A program made the translations under genes and the position numbers. Below the pieces are notes generated by a model. The model searched no databases and was not told the origin of the DNA. It saw only the letters and a list, made by a program, of their open reading frames with translations. Below, piece by piece: positions 38,314-47,597 of a stretch of 64,000 nucleotides of DNA. This stretch comes from Pelotomaculum sp. UBA4789. Lineage in GTDB: Bacteria > Bacillota > Desulfotomaculia > Desulfotomaculales > Pelotomaculaceae. The stretch's first letter is position 1, and each line of letters opens with the position of its first letter. The stretch covers positions 2,180 through 66,179 of the forward strand of contig DHGV01000001.1 in the NCBI GenBank assembly GCA_002402945.1, written 5' to 3'.

Positions 38314-39414
38314 CTAACCAGCGCTTACGATCGTAGCCCCGCCAACCAAGCATTCTCCCAGGTAAAAAACAACCGCCTGTCCGGGCGTGATGGAACGCAG
38401 CAACCTGTGAAAATAAACCTTGATCCTGCCTTCCGGCTGTGGCGTGATTGTAGCCGGAACCGGCTTGCCGTTGTACCTTATCTGCGCCTGGACTTCTATA
38501 GGCCCGGCCAGTTTTTCAAAAAGCACTAGGTTGACATCCGCTGCAACTAAATCGCAGCCCAGTATGTCCTCCTCGGAGCCAAGAGTGACCGTGTCGTTTT
38601 GGGGATCTATTTTTACCACATAAAGCCGTTCGCCCGCGGCAATACCGAGTCCCCGGCGCTGGCCGATCGTGTAAAATGGGATGCCGTTGTGCTGCCCGAT
38701 CACATCCCCCGCCTGGTTGATAAAAGGGCCCGGCTTGATGTCCACTTTTTTCTCCCTCAGGAAATTGCGGTAATTATCATCCGGGATAAAGCAAATTTCC
38801 TGGCTCTCGGCCTTGTCAGCCACCTCCAGGCCAAGGGCAGAGGCCTTCAGCCGCACCTGGTCTTTGGTGTATTCCCCCAGGGGCATCAGGGTATGGGCGA
38901 GTTGGTGCTGGGTCAGCCCGTACAGCACGTAGGTCTGGTCTTTTTTGCGGTCGACCGGGCGGCATATTGTATAGCGCCTGTATTCTGCACTGAAACCCAG
39001 CTTGGCGTAGTGCCCGGTGGCGATGTATTCAGCGCCCAGGCTCAGCGCCTTATCCAGCAGCGCCTGAAATTTCACCTGCCGGTTGCAGACAATGCAGGGG
39101 TTGGGTGTGCGCCCGCGCAGGTATTCGGCTGTAAAATAGTCGATCACTTTTTCTTTAAAAATATGATGGAAATCCAACACATAAAAGGGTATGCCGAGTT
39201 TGACGGCCACGCTCCTGGCGTCCTCAACGCCAACCGGTGAACAGCAGCCGGCGTGATCTTCTTCTGTTTCCGGGCGCGGGGCATCCCACAGCCGCATCGT
39301 GACGCCGGCTACGTCATAGCCCTGTTCTAACAGGAGAGCGGCGGTGACAGAACTGTCCACGCCGCCGCTCATCGCAACAATAACCTTTTTTTTGCCTGTC
39401 AAAGGGTCACGCAC
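38314..39414 (-). CDS. mnmA: tRNA 2-thiouridylase MnmA (CxxC+C type)
   Basis: AMSGGVDSS, GCCS, TPNPCIVCN, ATGHY, KDQTY, SQEICF, ITPGQ. Confidence 0.96.
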   Translation of the reverse strand: MRDPLTGKKKVIVAMSGGVDSSVTAALLLEQGYDVAGVTMRLWDAPRPETEEDHAGCCSPVGVEDARSVAVKLGIPFYVLDFHHIFKEKVIDYFTAEYLRGRTPNPCIVCNRQVKFQALLDKALSLGAEYIATGHYAKLGFSAEYRRYTICRPVDRKKDQTYVLYGLTQHQLAHTLMPLGEYTKDQVRLKASALGLEVADKAESQEICFIPDDNYRNFLREKKVDIKPGPFINQAGDVIGQHNGIPFYTIGQRRGLGIAAGERLYVVKIDPQNDTVTLGSEEDILGCDLVAADVNLVLFEKLAGPIEVQAQIRYNGKPVPATITPQPEGRIKVYFHRLLRSITPGQAVVFYLGECLVGGATIVSAG

Positions 39415-39778
39415 CTAGTTTCTTTCTGTAATCCTCAACTGCCGCGTGCATGGCATCGGCGGCCATGTTGGAACAGTGCATTTTCTGCGGGGGCAGCCCG
39501 TCCAGCATCTCAGCCACCGCCTCGTCCGTGATCTGCAGCGCTTCATCAATTGTTTTTCCTTTGGCCATTTCCGTCAGCATGCTGCTGGAGGCAATAGCGG
39601 CGGCGCAGCCAAAGGTCTTAAATTTGATATCTTTAATGATGTTGTCCTCTATCTTCAGGAATATTTTTGTGATGTCACCGCAGGTTGGGTTGCCGACCTC
39701 GCCGATACCGTTGGCGTCAGACATTTCGCCGACATTCCTGGGATTCTCAAAATGATCGATTACCTTCTCTGTGTACAT
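39407..39778 (-). CDS. iscU: Fe-S scaffold IscU/NifU N-domain
   Basis: DHFENPRNVG, PTCGD, FGCAAAIAS, LPPQKMHCS. Confidence 0.93.
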   Translation of the reverse strand: MYTEKVIDHFENPRNVGEMSDANGIGEVGNPTCGDITKIFLKIEDNIIKDIKFKTFGCAAAIASSSMLTEMAKGKTIDEALQITDEAVAEMLDGLPPQKMHCSNMAADAMHAAVEDYRKKLGA

Positions 39779-39841
39779 GTTAATACCCCCTATTGTCACT
39801 CTTTTTGATTGCAGGATTAATTGTTTGCCAGTCACTATGTA

Positions 39842-40270
39842 TTACCTCTTGTGAGACTCTTTGGCTTCCCGGCACATGTCTGCCAGGCTGATGGAGTCAC
39901 ACACCGCGGTGAAGCCGTCCCTCACTCTCGCCCAGACAGTGCGTGTGATGCAGTAGTCGGCCTCATCACAGCTGCCCGGGTCTTTTTCGCTGACGCAGTA
40001 TACCGGCGCAATCGGACCCTCCAGGGCGCGGATGATATCTCCCACATTGATTGCGGACGGCTCCCTGGCGAGGACGTAGCCTCCCTGCGCGCCGCGCACG
40101 CTTTTGACCAGGCCTGCTTTCCTGAGCATGGCGATCAGCTGTTCAAGGTAGTGATCAGAAAGGTTCTGGCGTTCTGCCACAGTTTTCAGGGGAATGGGAC
40201 CTGAGCCATAATTCTGAGCCAGATCAAACATCGCTTTCAGGCCATAGTGTGATCTGGTGGAAAGCCGCAA
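39842..40270 (-). CDS. iscR: Rrf2-family regulator (IscR-like, three Cys)
   Basis: TTG start; YLEQL, VKSVRGAQGGY; CVSEKDPGSCDEADYC. Confidence 0.8.
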   Translation of the reverse strand: MRLSTRSHYGLKAMFDLAQNYGSGPIPLKTVAERQNLSDHYLEQLIAMLRKAGLVKSVRGAQGGYVLAREPSAINVGDIIRALEGPIAPVYCVSEKDPGSCDEADYCITRTVWARVRDGFTAVCDSISLADMCREAKESHKR

Positions 40271-40314
40271 ATAATCACACCCTTTTGCAATACTGATTTT
40301 TATTTTCAAGGGAT

Positions 40315-40343
40315 ATCATAGCATAACACTCGGGTATTGTCAA
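40315..40343 (-). promoter_or_regulatory. Sigma-A promoter of iscR-iscU-mnmA
   Basis: TTGACA-N17-TATGAT with an extended TGn. Confidence 0.7.
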
Positions 40344-40356
40344 TTTCAAAAAACCG

Positions 40357-40381
40357 TGACAAGAGAACCGTCCCCTTGTCA
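40357..40381. repeat. REP-like hairpin, family A
   Basis: TGACAAGAGAACCGTCCCCTTGTCA. Confidence 0.8.
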
Positions 40382-40394
40382 AGGTTTTCGAGGT

Positions 40395-41654
40395 CTAGGG
40401 GGTGTAAAATTTTTTGCCGGTCATATTGTCCGGCAGGTATTCCTGCTTGACAGTGGCGTCCGGGTAATCGTGCGGGTATTTGTAACCCTTGCCGGAGCCC
40501 AGGGCTGCCGCTCCCTTGTAGCTAGTGCTCCTCAAATGAGGCGGGACCGGCTCCGCTCTCTCGTTTTCTACCGCAGACAAAGCCGCATCTATACCCTTGA
40601 GCACAGCGTTGCTTTTGGGGGCTTTAGCAATGTACAGGGCAGCCTCGGCCAGGATGATCCTGCCCTCGGGCATGCCGATCCTCTCAACTGCCTGGGCGGC
40701 GGCGACTGCAACTACAAGCGCCTGGGGATCCGCCAGGCCAACATCTTCGGCGGCATGGATCATGATCCGCCGGCTGACGAATTCCGGGTCCTCGCCGGCA
40801 TACAGCATCCTGGCCAGCCAATACAAGGTGGCGTGGGGATCGGAGCCCCGCATGCTCTTGATAAAAGCAGAGATGACATCGTAGTGCTCGTCTTCCTTGT
40901 TATACCTGAGGACCCGCTTCTGGATAGCCTCTTCCGCCACTGCCAGGGAAACATGCCTAATCCCGTCAGCGTCCGGCGGCGTGGTCAGGACAGCCAGCTC
41001 CAGGGCATTCAGGGCGACCCTGGCATCCCCGTTAGCTACCCCGGCCAGATGCTCCAGGGCTGCCGCAGACACCTCGGTCCGGTAGGTTCCCAGGCCGTTT
41101 ACTTCGTCCTGCAACGCTTTGCGAAGAATATTGACCAATGATTCCACTGAAAGCAGCTCAAAGCGATACAGCTGCGCACGTGATATGAGCGGTCTGTTGA
41201 CAGCGAACATGGGGTTTTCGGTCGTGGAGCCGATCAGGGTGATCAGACCGCTTTCCACAAAGGGCAGCAGGGCGTCCTGCTGGGACTTATTAAAACGGTG
41301 GATCTCGTCAACGAAAAGGATGGTCTTCTCGTTATACAGGGCACGCCTTTCTTTGGCCTCTTCTACCACCCGCCTGATGTCAGCCACACCCGCCATCACC
41401 GCATTGATGGTTTCAAAATGGGATTTGGTAATCTGGGCTATGATCATGGCCAGCGTGGTTTTGCCGGTTCCAGGCGGCCCGAAAAAGATAGCAGACATCA
41501 GGCTGTCCGCCTCAATTGACCTCCTCAGGAGCGTCCCCTTCCCGACGATACCATGCTGCTCTTCAAATTCATCCAGGGTCTTCGGCCTCATCCGCACAGC
41601 CAGGGGCGCGGCCTTAATCATATTTTTTTCCATAGCCTGTTCGAATAAATTCAC
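40395..41654 (-). CDS. rarA: Replication-associated recombination protein A (RarA/MgsA)
   Basis: PLAVRMRP, GPPGTGKT, DEIHRFNKSQQD, SAFIKSMRGSD, YKYPHD. Confidence 0.95.
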   Translation of the reverse strand: MNLFEQAMEKNMIKAAPLAVRMRPKTLDEFEEQHGIVGKGTLLRRSIEADSLMSAIFFGPPGTGKTTLAMIIAQITKSHFETINAVMAGVADIRRVVEEAKERRALYNEKTILFVDEIHRFNKSQQDALLPFVESGLITLIGSTTENPMFAVNRPLISRAQLYRFELLSVESLVNILRKALQDEVNGLGTYRTEVSAAALEHLAGVANGDARVALNALELAVLTTPPDADGIRHVSLAVAEEAIQKRVLRYNKEDEHYDVISAFIKSMRGSDPHATLYWLARMLYAGEDPEFVSRRIMIHAAEDVGLADPQALVVAVAAAQAVERIGMPEGRIILAEAALYIAKAPKSNAVLKGIDAALSAVENERAEPVPPHLRSTSYKGAAALGSGKGYKYPHDYPDATVKQEYLPDNMTGKKFYTP

Positions 41655-41759
41655 CGGGGCACCTCCAGTCTGAGCGCTTTAGGATAAAAGCGGCGGGACG
41701 TTTGAAAGATATCATCTATGCTTTATTCTACTACGAACGTCCGTTCTTTGTAAACAAAA

Positions 41760-41813
41760 AGGCGATTCATCCAATTGCCCGAAGGCAGGGGAATCCTCGC
41801 TTGACTGCATTAA
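41760..41813. mobile_element. Possible solo IS200/IS605-family end remnant
   Basis: GGCGATTCATCC-TGCCCGAAGGCA-GGGGAATCCTCGC nested hairpin resembling IS605/IS1341 ends as I recall them; beside the trxA terminator. Confidence 0.4.
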
Positions 41814-41817
41814 AATG

Positions 41818-41844
41818 AAAAAAGCACGCCTTTACGTGCTTTTC
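41818..41844. terminator. Bidirectional terminator after trxA
   Basis: AAAAAAGCACG-CCTTTA-CGTGCTTTTT. Confidence 0.7.
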
Positions 41845-41853
41845 TGGACAATA

Positions 41854-42183
41854 CTACAGGTTTTCTTTGATAAAACTGCTCAGTTCATCAGCATCTTTGA
41901 AACCGACAGAGCGTTCCACTTCCTCGCCGTCTTTAAAAAAGACGATGGTGGGGATACTTATCACCTGATATCTGCCCGGCACCGTTTGGTTTGTATCAAC
42001 GTTCATTTTGCCGACCAGGATTTTGTCTTTAAACTTCTCGGCTATTGCTTCTACTACGGGAGCGATCATTTTACACGGGCCACACCAATCCGCCCAAAAA
42101 TCAATCAGAACCGGTATTTTTGACTCGCTCAAGACCTGCTGGAAATTATCATCTTTGATTTCAATCACATTTTTACTGGCCAA
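41854..42183 (-). CDS. trxA: Thioredoxin
   Basis: DFWADWCGPCK, SIPT. Confidence 0.95.
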   Translation of the reverse strand: MASKNVIEIKDDNFQQVLSESKIPVLIDFWADWCGPCKMIAPVVEAIAEKFKDKILVGKMNVDTNQTVPGRYQVISIPTIVFFKDGEEVERSVGFKDADELSSFIKENL

Positions 42184-42306
42184 GAAATCCTCTCCCTTCT
42201 TAAACTTTTCAAATGCCTATATATCCTTAATATCTGAATTTATGTAATCAGTTAACAGCTCATAAAAACCACAGCTATACTGCCAATAACTGGCAACCTT
42301 TATGGA

Positions 42307-42483
42307 AACCCCACGAATGCCGTGACCGCCAAAAGTTTGAACCTGCCTCAACAGGTGGGTGCCCTCCTGAATGGTTTATGTGTCCTCAGCGAGGAGGCTT
42401 GCAAGCTACATTCAGAGCCCGGGCTCCCGATTAAATAGCGTTAGCTCAAAACTTCGGGGCTAGCCACAAACACAGTAGGGTGT
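42307..42483 (-). ncRNA. ssrS: 6S RNA
   Basis: About 180-nt rod with pairing ends (CCCTAC.GTGTTTGTGGC / GTCACGGCAT.CGTGGGG); GGGAGC...GGGCACCCACCTG..CAGGTTCAAA motifs; conserved position downstream of aspS; upstream TTGTAA-N17-TAACAT promoter. Confidence 0.85.
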
Positions 42484-42562
42484 GTGTTTTATGATTATGT
42501 TATCACACAGAAAAGCTATTTACAATAGCGCGCAATCGAAATTAGGGGCACGGCCTCACAGG

Positions 42563-44350
42563 TCAAATCTTTTTTAAAGCGGTCCTGATATGCAGCTCTT
42601 TGAGCTGGATGTCTGCGACCGGTCCGGGCGCCTGGGTCATCAGGCAGGTGGCGCTCTGTGTTTTGGGGAAGGCGATGACGTCCCTGATCGTCTTCTTGCC
42701 TGCCAGCAGCATGATCAGGCGGTCAAAACCAATGGCGATGCCCCCGTGCGGCGGTGTGCCATACTCAAAAGCCTCCAGCAGGAAGCCGAACTTTTCCGCT
42801 ATTTCTTCACTGCTGATGCCGATCACGGTAAACATCTTCTCCTGGATGTCCCGGCGGTGGATCCTGATGCTGCCGCCGCCGACCTCTACCCCGTTGAGCA
42901 CCAAGTCGTAGGCTTTGGCCCGCACTTTGCCCGGATCGCTGTCCAGCAGCGGGATATCGGCCTCACTGGGGGAGGTAAACGGGTGGTGCATGGCCTCGAA
43001 GCGCCCCTCCTCGTCATCATACTCCAGCAAGGGGAAGTCCACCACCCAAAGGAAGTTGTAGAGTCCTGCGGGGATCAGGCCGAGCTGCTCGCCCAGGTGC
43101 TGCCGCAGCGCTCCGAGTGAGGCGGCCACCACGCTTGGTTTGTCGGCGACGAAGAGGAGCAGGTCGCCCGGCTTCGCCTCCAGCCTGACCATGATCTGCG
43201 CCAGCTCCTGCTCGGTGAAGAATTTGGCGATTACTGACTTGATCCCTTCCTCGGTGACAATGAAATAGGCCAGCCCTTTGGCTTTATAAATGGCCGCAAA
43301 GGCAGTCAGGTCGTCGATTTCCTTCCGGCTGAAAGAGGCGCAGCCGCTGGCATTGATTCCCTTCACCTGCCCGCCGGCGGCAGCGACAGAGGCAAAGACC
43401 TTGAAGCCGCAGCCCGCGGCGATGTCTGTGGCGTCCTTGAGCTCCAGCCCGAAACGGGTGTCCGGCTTGTCTGAGCCGTAGCGGCTCATCGCTTCGCTGT
43501 ATGTAATGCGGGGAAAACTGGCGGCAACGTCCAGCCCGGCCGTCTCCCGGCACAACCTTTTAATCATACCTTCCGTCAGCTCCAGCACGGTATCGACATC
43601 TGTAAAGGACATTTCAATATCAATCTGGGTGAACTCCGGCTGGCGGTCAGCTCTTAAATCCTCGTCCCGGAAGCAGCGCACTACCTGGAAGTAGCGGTCG
43701 TAGCCGGCCACCATCAGGATCTGCTTGAAAAGCTGCGGCGACTGCGGCAGGGCATAAAATTTGCCGGGGTTGAGCCTGCTGGGCACCAGGTAGTCCCTGG
43801 CCCCCTCCGGCGTGCTCTTGGTCAGCACTGGTGTTTCGATTTCCAGAAAACCGTTCTCGTCCAGGTAGTCGCGGGCCGACTTGGCCGCCCGGTGCCGGAG
43901 GAACATCGCCTGCTGCATCTCCGGCCGGCGCAGATCGAGGTAACGGTAGCGCAGCCTGAGATTTTCTTCGACATCGATGCCATCTTCAATGTAAAACGGC
44001 GGTGTCTTGGCCCGGTTCAGCACCCGCAGCTCGTGGGCCATCACATCTATTTCCCCGGTGGCCAGGTTGGGATTGGCCGCCCCCTCGGGGCGCTCCCGCA
44101 CCACGCCAACTACGCAGATGACGTATTCGCTGCGCACACCTTCGGCTTTTTCAAAGGCTTCTTTGTGCAGGTCCGGGCTGAACACCACCTGCACCAGGCC
44201 GGTCCTGTCACGCAGGTCGATAAAAATCAGACCGCCGTGGTCGCGCCGAGTCTGTACCCAGCCCATCAGGACCACCTGGCTGCCAGCGTGCTCCATCCTC
44301 AAATCACCGCAGTAGTGGCTCCGTTTTTTGTCATCTAAAAAGTCAATCAC
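42563..44350 (-). CDS. aspS: Aspartate--tRNA ligase, probably non-discriminating
   Basis: RRDHGG (His at the anticodon-domain position), [37 protein letters not shown]. Confidence 0.97.
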   Translation of the reverse strand: MIDFLDDKKRSHYCGDLRMEHAGSQVVLMGWVQTRRDHGGLIFIDLRDRTGLVQVVFSPDLHKEAFEKAEGVRSEYVICVVGVVRERPEGAANPNLATGEIDVMAHELRVLNRAKTPPFYIEDGIDVEENLRLRYRYLDLRRPEMQQAMFLRHRAAKSARDYLDENGFLEIETPVLTKSTPEGARDYLVPSRLNPGKFYALPQSPQLFKQILMVAGYDRYFQVVRCFRDEDLRADRQPEFTQIDIEMSFTDVDTVLELTEGMIKRLCRETAGLDVAASFPRITYSEAMSRYGSDKPDTRFGLELKDATDIAAGCGFKVFASVAAAGGQVKGINASGCASFSRKEIDDLTAFAAIYKAKGLAYFIVTEEGIKSVIAKFFTEQELAQIMVRLEAKPGDLLLFVADKPSVVAASLGALRQHLGEQLGLIPAGLYNFLWVVDFPLLEYDDEEGRFEAMHHPFTSPSEADIPLLDSDPGKVRAKAYDLVLNGVEVGGGSIRIHRRDIQEKMFTVIGISSEEIAEKFGFLLEAFEYGTPPHGGIAIGFDRLIMLLAGKKTIRDVIAFPKTQSATCLMTQAPGPVADIQLKELHIRTALKKI

Positions 44351-44388
44351 AATCCGGTCCCCCTTCTAAAACTCTTTAAAAAAAATAT

Positions 44389-45663
44389 CTATTCAGTGAC
44401 CATGCTTTTTTTCTGGGTCAAATAGGCAATGATATCGTCAAGAGATACGGCTTCCTGGTCTCCGGCAGACATATCCCGCACCAGCGCAACGCCCAGTGCC
44501 AGCTCCTCCGCGCCGATCATCACCACGTAGCGCACCCCGGTTTTGCCGGCATACTTCATCTGCGCTTTCAGGCTGCGGCCCAGGTAGTCCTTGTCAGCTG
44601 CAATCCCGGCGCTGCGCAGGCTGAACAGCAGTTTGAAAGCCGTATCCCCAGCCTCCGGCCCGGCAGTAACCACAAACACATCAGGTCTGGAAGCCTCATT
44701 TTTAGCAACATCTTGCCGCTCCATTGCCAGGATGATCCGCTCGATACCCAGGGCGTAACCCACCCCAGGGGTGGGCGGCCCGCCGCAGATCTCAATCAGC
44801 CCATTGTAGCGGCCACCGCCGCCGATTGAGCTCTGGGCGCCGATATCCGGGGCCATGATTTCAAATGCGGTATGGGTATAGTAGTCCAGTCCCCTGACCA
44901 GGCGCCGGTCTATGGTATAGGAGATGCCCAGCAGGTCAAGGTACTTTTTAACCTGCTCGAAATGTTCGGCGCAGTCCGGGCACAGGCAGTCGATTGTCGC
45001 CGGCGCGTTCTCGCCGGCCGCAGCGCAGCGCTCTACTTTGCAGTCCAGGATGCGCAGCGGGTTTTTTTCAAACCGGTCCTGGCAGTCGCGGCAGAGCCCG
45101 CCCAGGTGGGGCTGAAAATATTTTTTCAGCGCCACCCGCTGAGCCGGCCGGCATTCAGGGCAGCCGACACTGTTGATGTGCAGCAGCAGATTATTCAAGC
45201 CCAGCCTGGCGTAGAAATCCATCGCCATCGTGATCACCTCGGCGTCCACCGCCGGATCGTTGGAGCCGAAGACCTCCGCCCCGACCTGGTGAAACTGGCG
45301 GAAGCGCCCGGCTTGGGGCCTGTCGTAGCGAAACATCGGGCCGCTGTAAAAAAGCTTGACCGGCTGCAGCCCGGCATACAGCTTGTTCTCCAGGTAAGCC
45401 CTTACCACAGGGGCGGTATTCTCCGGCCGCAGTGTGACGCTCCGGTTTCCCCGGTCCATGAAGGTGTACATTTCCTTCTCCACGATATCGGTCGTGTCAC
45501 CGACCCCGCGCTGGAACAGCTCGGTGTGCTCAAAAATCGGTGTCCTAATCTCCTTATAGCCATACTGTTCGCAGATCTGGCAGAACTGGCTTTCAATCCA
45601 GCGCCACTTTTCCACCTCGCACGGAATGATGTCGTTAGTGCCGCGCGGCCGCGATGTTAGCAT
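44389..45663 (-). CDS. hisS: Histidine--tRNA ligase
   Basis: PRGTND, LRPENTA, PQAGRFRQFHQ, LVRGLDYY, GGGGRY; ATG 45663 follows AAGGGGG. Confidence 0.97.
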   Translation of the reverse strand: MLTSRPRGTNDIIPCEVEKWRWIESQFCQICEQYGYKEIRTPIFEHTELFQRGVGDTTDIVEKEMYTFMDRGNRSVTLRPENTAPVVRAYLENKLYAGLQPVKLFYSGPMFRYDRPQAGRFRQFHQVGAEVFGSNDPAVDAEVITMAMDFYARLGLNNLLLHINSVGCPECRPAQRVALKKYFQPHLGGLCRDCQDRFEKNPLRILDCKVERCAAAGENAPATIDCLCPDCAEHFEQVKKYLDLLGISYTIDRRLVRGLDYYTHTAFEIMAPDIGAQSSIGGGGRYNGLIEICGGPPTPGVGYALGIERIILAMERQDVAKNEASRPDVFVVTAGPEAGDTAFKLLFSLRSAGIAADKDYLGRSLKAQMKYAGKTGVRYVVMIGAEELALGVALVRDMSAGDQEAVSLDDIIAYLTQKKSMVTE

Positions 45664-45682
45664 TATGTAATCCCCCTTTATG

Positions 45683-45945
45683 AAAACAAAAACCCAGGCC
45701 ATGCCTGAAGCACAGCCAGGGACGGACATTGCTGCCCGTGGTGCCACCCTTTTTCGAAAAAACCTTTGTTTCTCCCTTTTAAGCCTGTAACGGAGGCTGC
45801 CGGGCCGGCCTACTGGTGACCATCACTTTCGGGGGCCGCTCCCGGGTGTTTTTCAACGCCTGTTCATGAGGAAGACTTTCAGTCTGAGGCCTTCCCTCTC
45901 TGCCGTAAACAATTGCGCCTACTCTGCCCGGTCATCGCTTTACAA
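45683..45945 (-). ncRNA. T-box riboswitch, His specifier
   Basis: AGAGA and ACTG motifs; specifier CAC at 45846-45848; T-box AAGGGTGGCACCACGG; terminator plus T-run. Confidence 0.9.
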
Positions 45946-45966
45946 GATTGTTGAACTCTGTCCATC

Positions 45967-45995
45967 ATTTTATGAAATATTTGCTGCTTTGTCAA
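45967..45995 (-). promoter_or_regulatory. Sigma-A promoter of the hisS leader
   Basis: TTGACA-N17-TAAAAT. Confidence 0.7.
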
Positions 45996-46086
45996 TTCAT
46001 CCGGCCTGAAAAAAAAGGCGTGTTGATCGGCTCTGGCTTCAGCTGCGGGCAAAATGGTATAATAATGTCTGCGAGGTGATTACAGC

Positions 46087-46308
46087 ATGATTACAAAAAA
46101 ACTGCTGGACCGGATCAACGAACTGGCCCGCAAGCAGAGAGAAGAAGTGCTGACGGAAAAAGAAATAAAAGAGCAGGGCGAGTTGCGTGAAGTATACCTG
46201 GCGGCTATCCGCGCCCAGGTCGTCAATGCGCTGGAGTCAAAAGGCTGCAAACCAAAAACAGAGCACAACAATTCCTGCGAGAGCCCCGACAGCGGCAAGA
46301 AACACTAA
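46087..46308 (+). CDS. DUF896/UPF0291 (YnzC-like) protein
   Basis: RINELARK...LTEKE..EQ.ELR..YL; GAGGTG RBS. Confidence 0.85.
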   Translation: MITKKLLDRINELARKQREEVLTEKEIKEQGELREVYLAAIRAQVVNALESKGCKPKTEHNNSCESPDSGKKH

Positions 46309-46344
46309 CTCCCATTTTTAAATCGGTCCCATTCCTCTTGGCGC

Positions 46345-46390
46345 TGTCGGGCGGGCTTCAGCCCGCCAATGTGCGGCTGAAGCCGCACAA
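46345..46390. repeat. REP-like doublet, family C
   Basis: GGCGGGCTTCAGCCCGCC-AA-TGTGCGGCTGAAGCCGCACA; inverted copy at 55542-55590. Confidence 0.75.
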
Positions 46391-46452
46391 ATTCAGTCGT
46401 CAGAAGTCGGACGTCGGTTTATCCTGCATTCCTTTTGGGTCAGAACCAAATT

Positions 46453-46481
46453 TAAAGCACCCGCTTGCGGCGGGTGCTTTT
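46453..46481. terminator. Bidirectional terminator
   Basis: AAAGCACCCGC-TTGCG-GCGGGTGCTTTT between convergent genes. Confidence 0.65.
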
Positions 46482-46484
46482 CCC

Positions 46485-47108
46485 CTATGTGAGGAATGGA
46501 TTTTCGCTCTTTTCCTCGCCGATGGTGGAACTGGGGCCGTGGCCCGGATAGACCTTGGTCTCGGGCGGGAATATCAACAGCTTGTTTTTAATGGATGATA
46601 TCAGCTGGCTGTGGCTGCCGCCTGGAAAATCTGAGCGTCCCACTGAACCAGTGAAAAGAGTATCCCCGGTAATCAAAATGTCTGGTTCGCCTTTTAAGCT
46701 GATGCCGCCCCTGGTGTGGCCAGGGGTATGGATTACTTCCAAGGTGCAATTGCCGAATTGAATTTTATCACCATCCTGCAGCAGCTGGTCGGCTGCTTTC
46801 ACTGACAGCTTCTGGCCAACGAAAGCCGACAGGTTCTGGCTGGCGTCAGTAAGCTGTGCAGCATCATCGGCATGGATCAGCACTTTCGCGCCAGTTGCCT
46901 CCCGCACTTCCGCAAGGGCGCCGATATGGTCGATGTGGCCGTGGGTGAGAACGATTTTGTTTATCTTCAGCCCCAGCTCTTCAACCTTTTTCAGGATCCT
47001 TTGCCCTTCCGCGCCGGGATCTACGATAATTCCCTCTTTGGTTTCCTCACAACCGATAATATAACAATTTGAATCCATCATGCCTACTGAGAGTCCTCGA
47101 AATATCAC
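46485..47108 (-). CDS. MBL-fold metallohydrolase (glyoxalase II-like)
   Basis: THGHIDH, HTPGHT, TGDTLF, YPGHG. Confidence 0.92.
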   Translation of the reverse strand: MIFRGLSVGMMDSNCYIIGCEETKEGIIVDPGAEGQRILKKVEELGLKINKIVLTHGHIDHIGALAEVREATGAKVLIHADDAAQLTDASQNLSAFVGQKLSVKAADQLLQDGDKIQFGNCTLEVIHTPGHTRGGISLKGEPDILITGDTLFTGSVGRSDFPGGSHSQLISSIKNKLLIFPPETKVYPGHGPSSTIGEEKSENPFLT

Positions 47109-47130
47109 TTGTTTTCAGATACCTCCGTTA

Positions 47131-47580
47131 CTAAAAATTTTTCTTGCTGTCAAGCAGTAGGGTGACCGGGCCGTCGTTAATGATCTCAACTGTCATGTGT
47201 TCGCGAAAACACCCGGTGACCACCTTTAAACCAATTTTTGCCAGTTCGTCTATAAATACATGATACAACACTCGTGCCTCGGCCGGCGGCGAAGCTTCAG
47301 AAAAACCCGGCCGCCTCCCCTTGCGGCAGTCGCCGTAGAGTGTGAACTGGGACACTGCCAGTACACAGCCCCCGGTTTCCATCACTGAAAGGTTCATTTT
47401 CCCTTCTTTATCTTCAAACAGGCGCAGGTGCGCAATTTTTTCAGCCAGGTAGCGCACGTCCTGCGCGCTGTCGCTGCGGCCTACACCAAGCAGTACCACG
47501 AGCCCGGCGCCAATTTCACTGATCAATCCGTCTTCCACCCTGACTGCGCCGTGAGTAACTCTCTGCACTACCGCCCGCAA
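47131..47580 (-). CDS. dtd: D-aminoacyl-tRNA deacylase
   Basis: MRAVVQRV, SQFTL, NDGPVT. Confidence 0.96.
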   Translation of the reverse strand: MRAVVQRVTHGAVRVEDGLISEIGAGLVVLLGVGRSDSAQDVRYLAEKIAHLRLFEDKEGKMNLSVMETGGCVLAVSQFTLYGDCRKGRRPGFSEASPPAEARVLYHVFIDELAKIGLKVVTGCFREHMTVEIINDGPVTLLLDSKKNF

Positions 47581-47597
47581 ATATTTTCCACCCCCGT

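Noticed and set aside
45664-45747. N-terminal extension of HisS in the ORF track
   Set aside because: It falls inside the T-box antiterminator/terminator; the real start is 45663.
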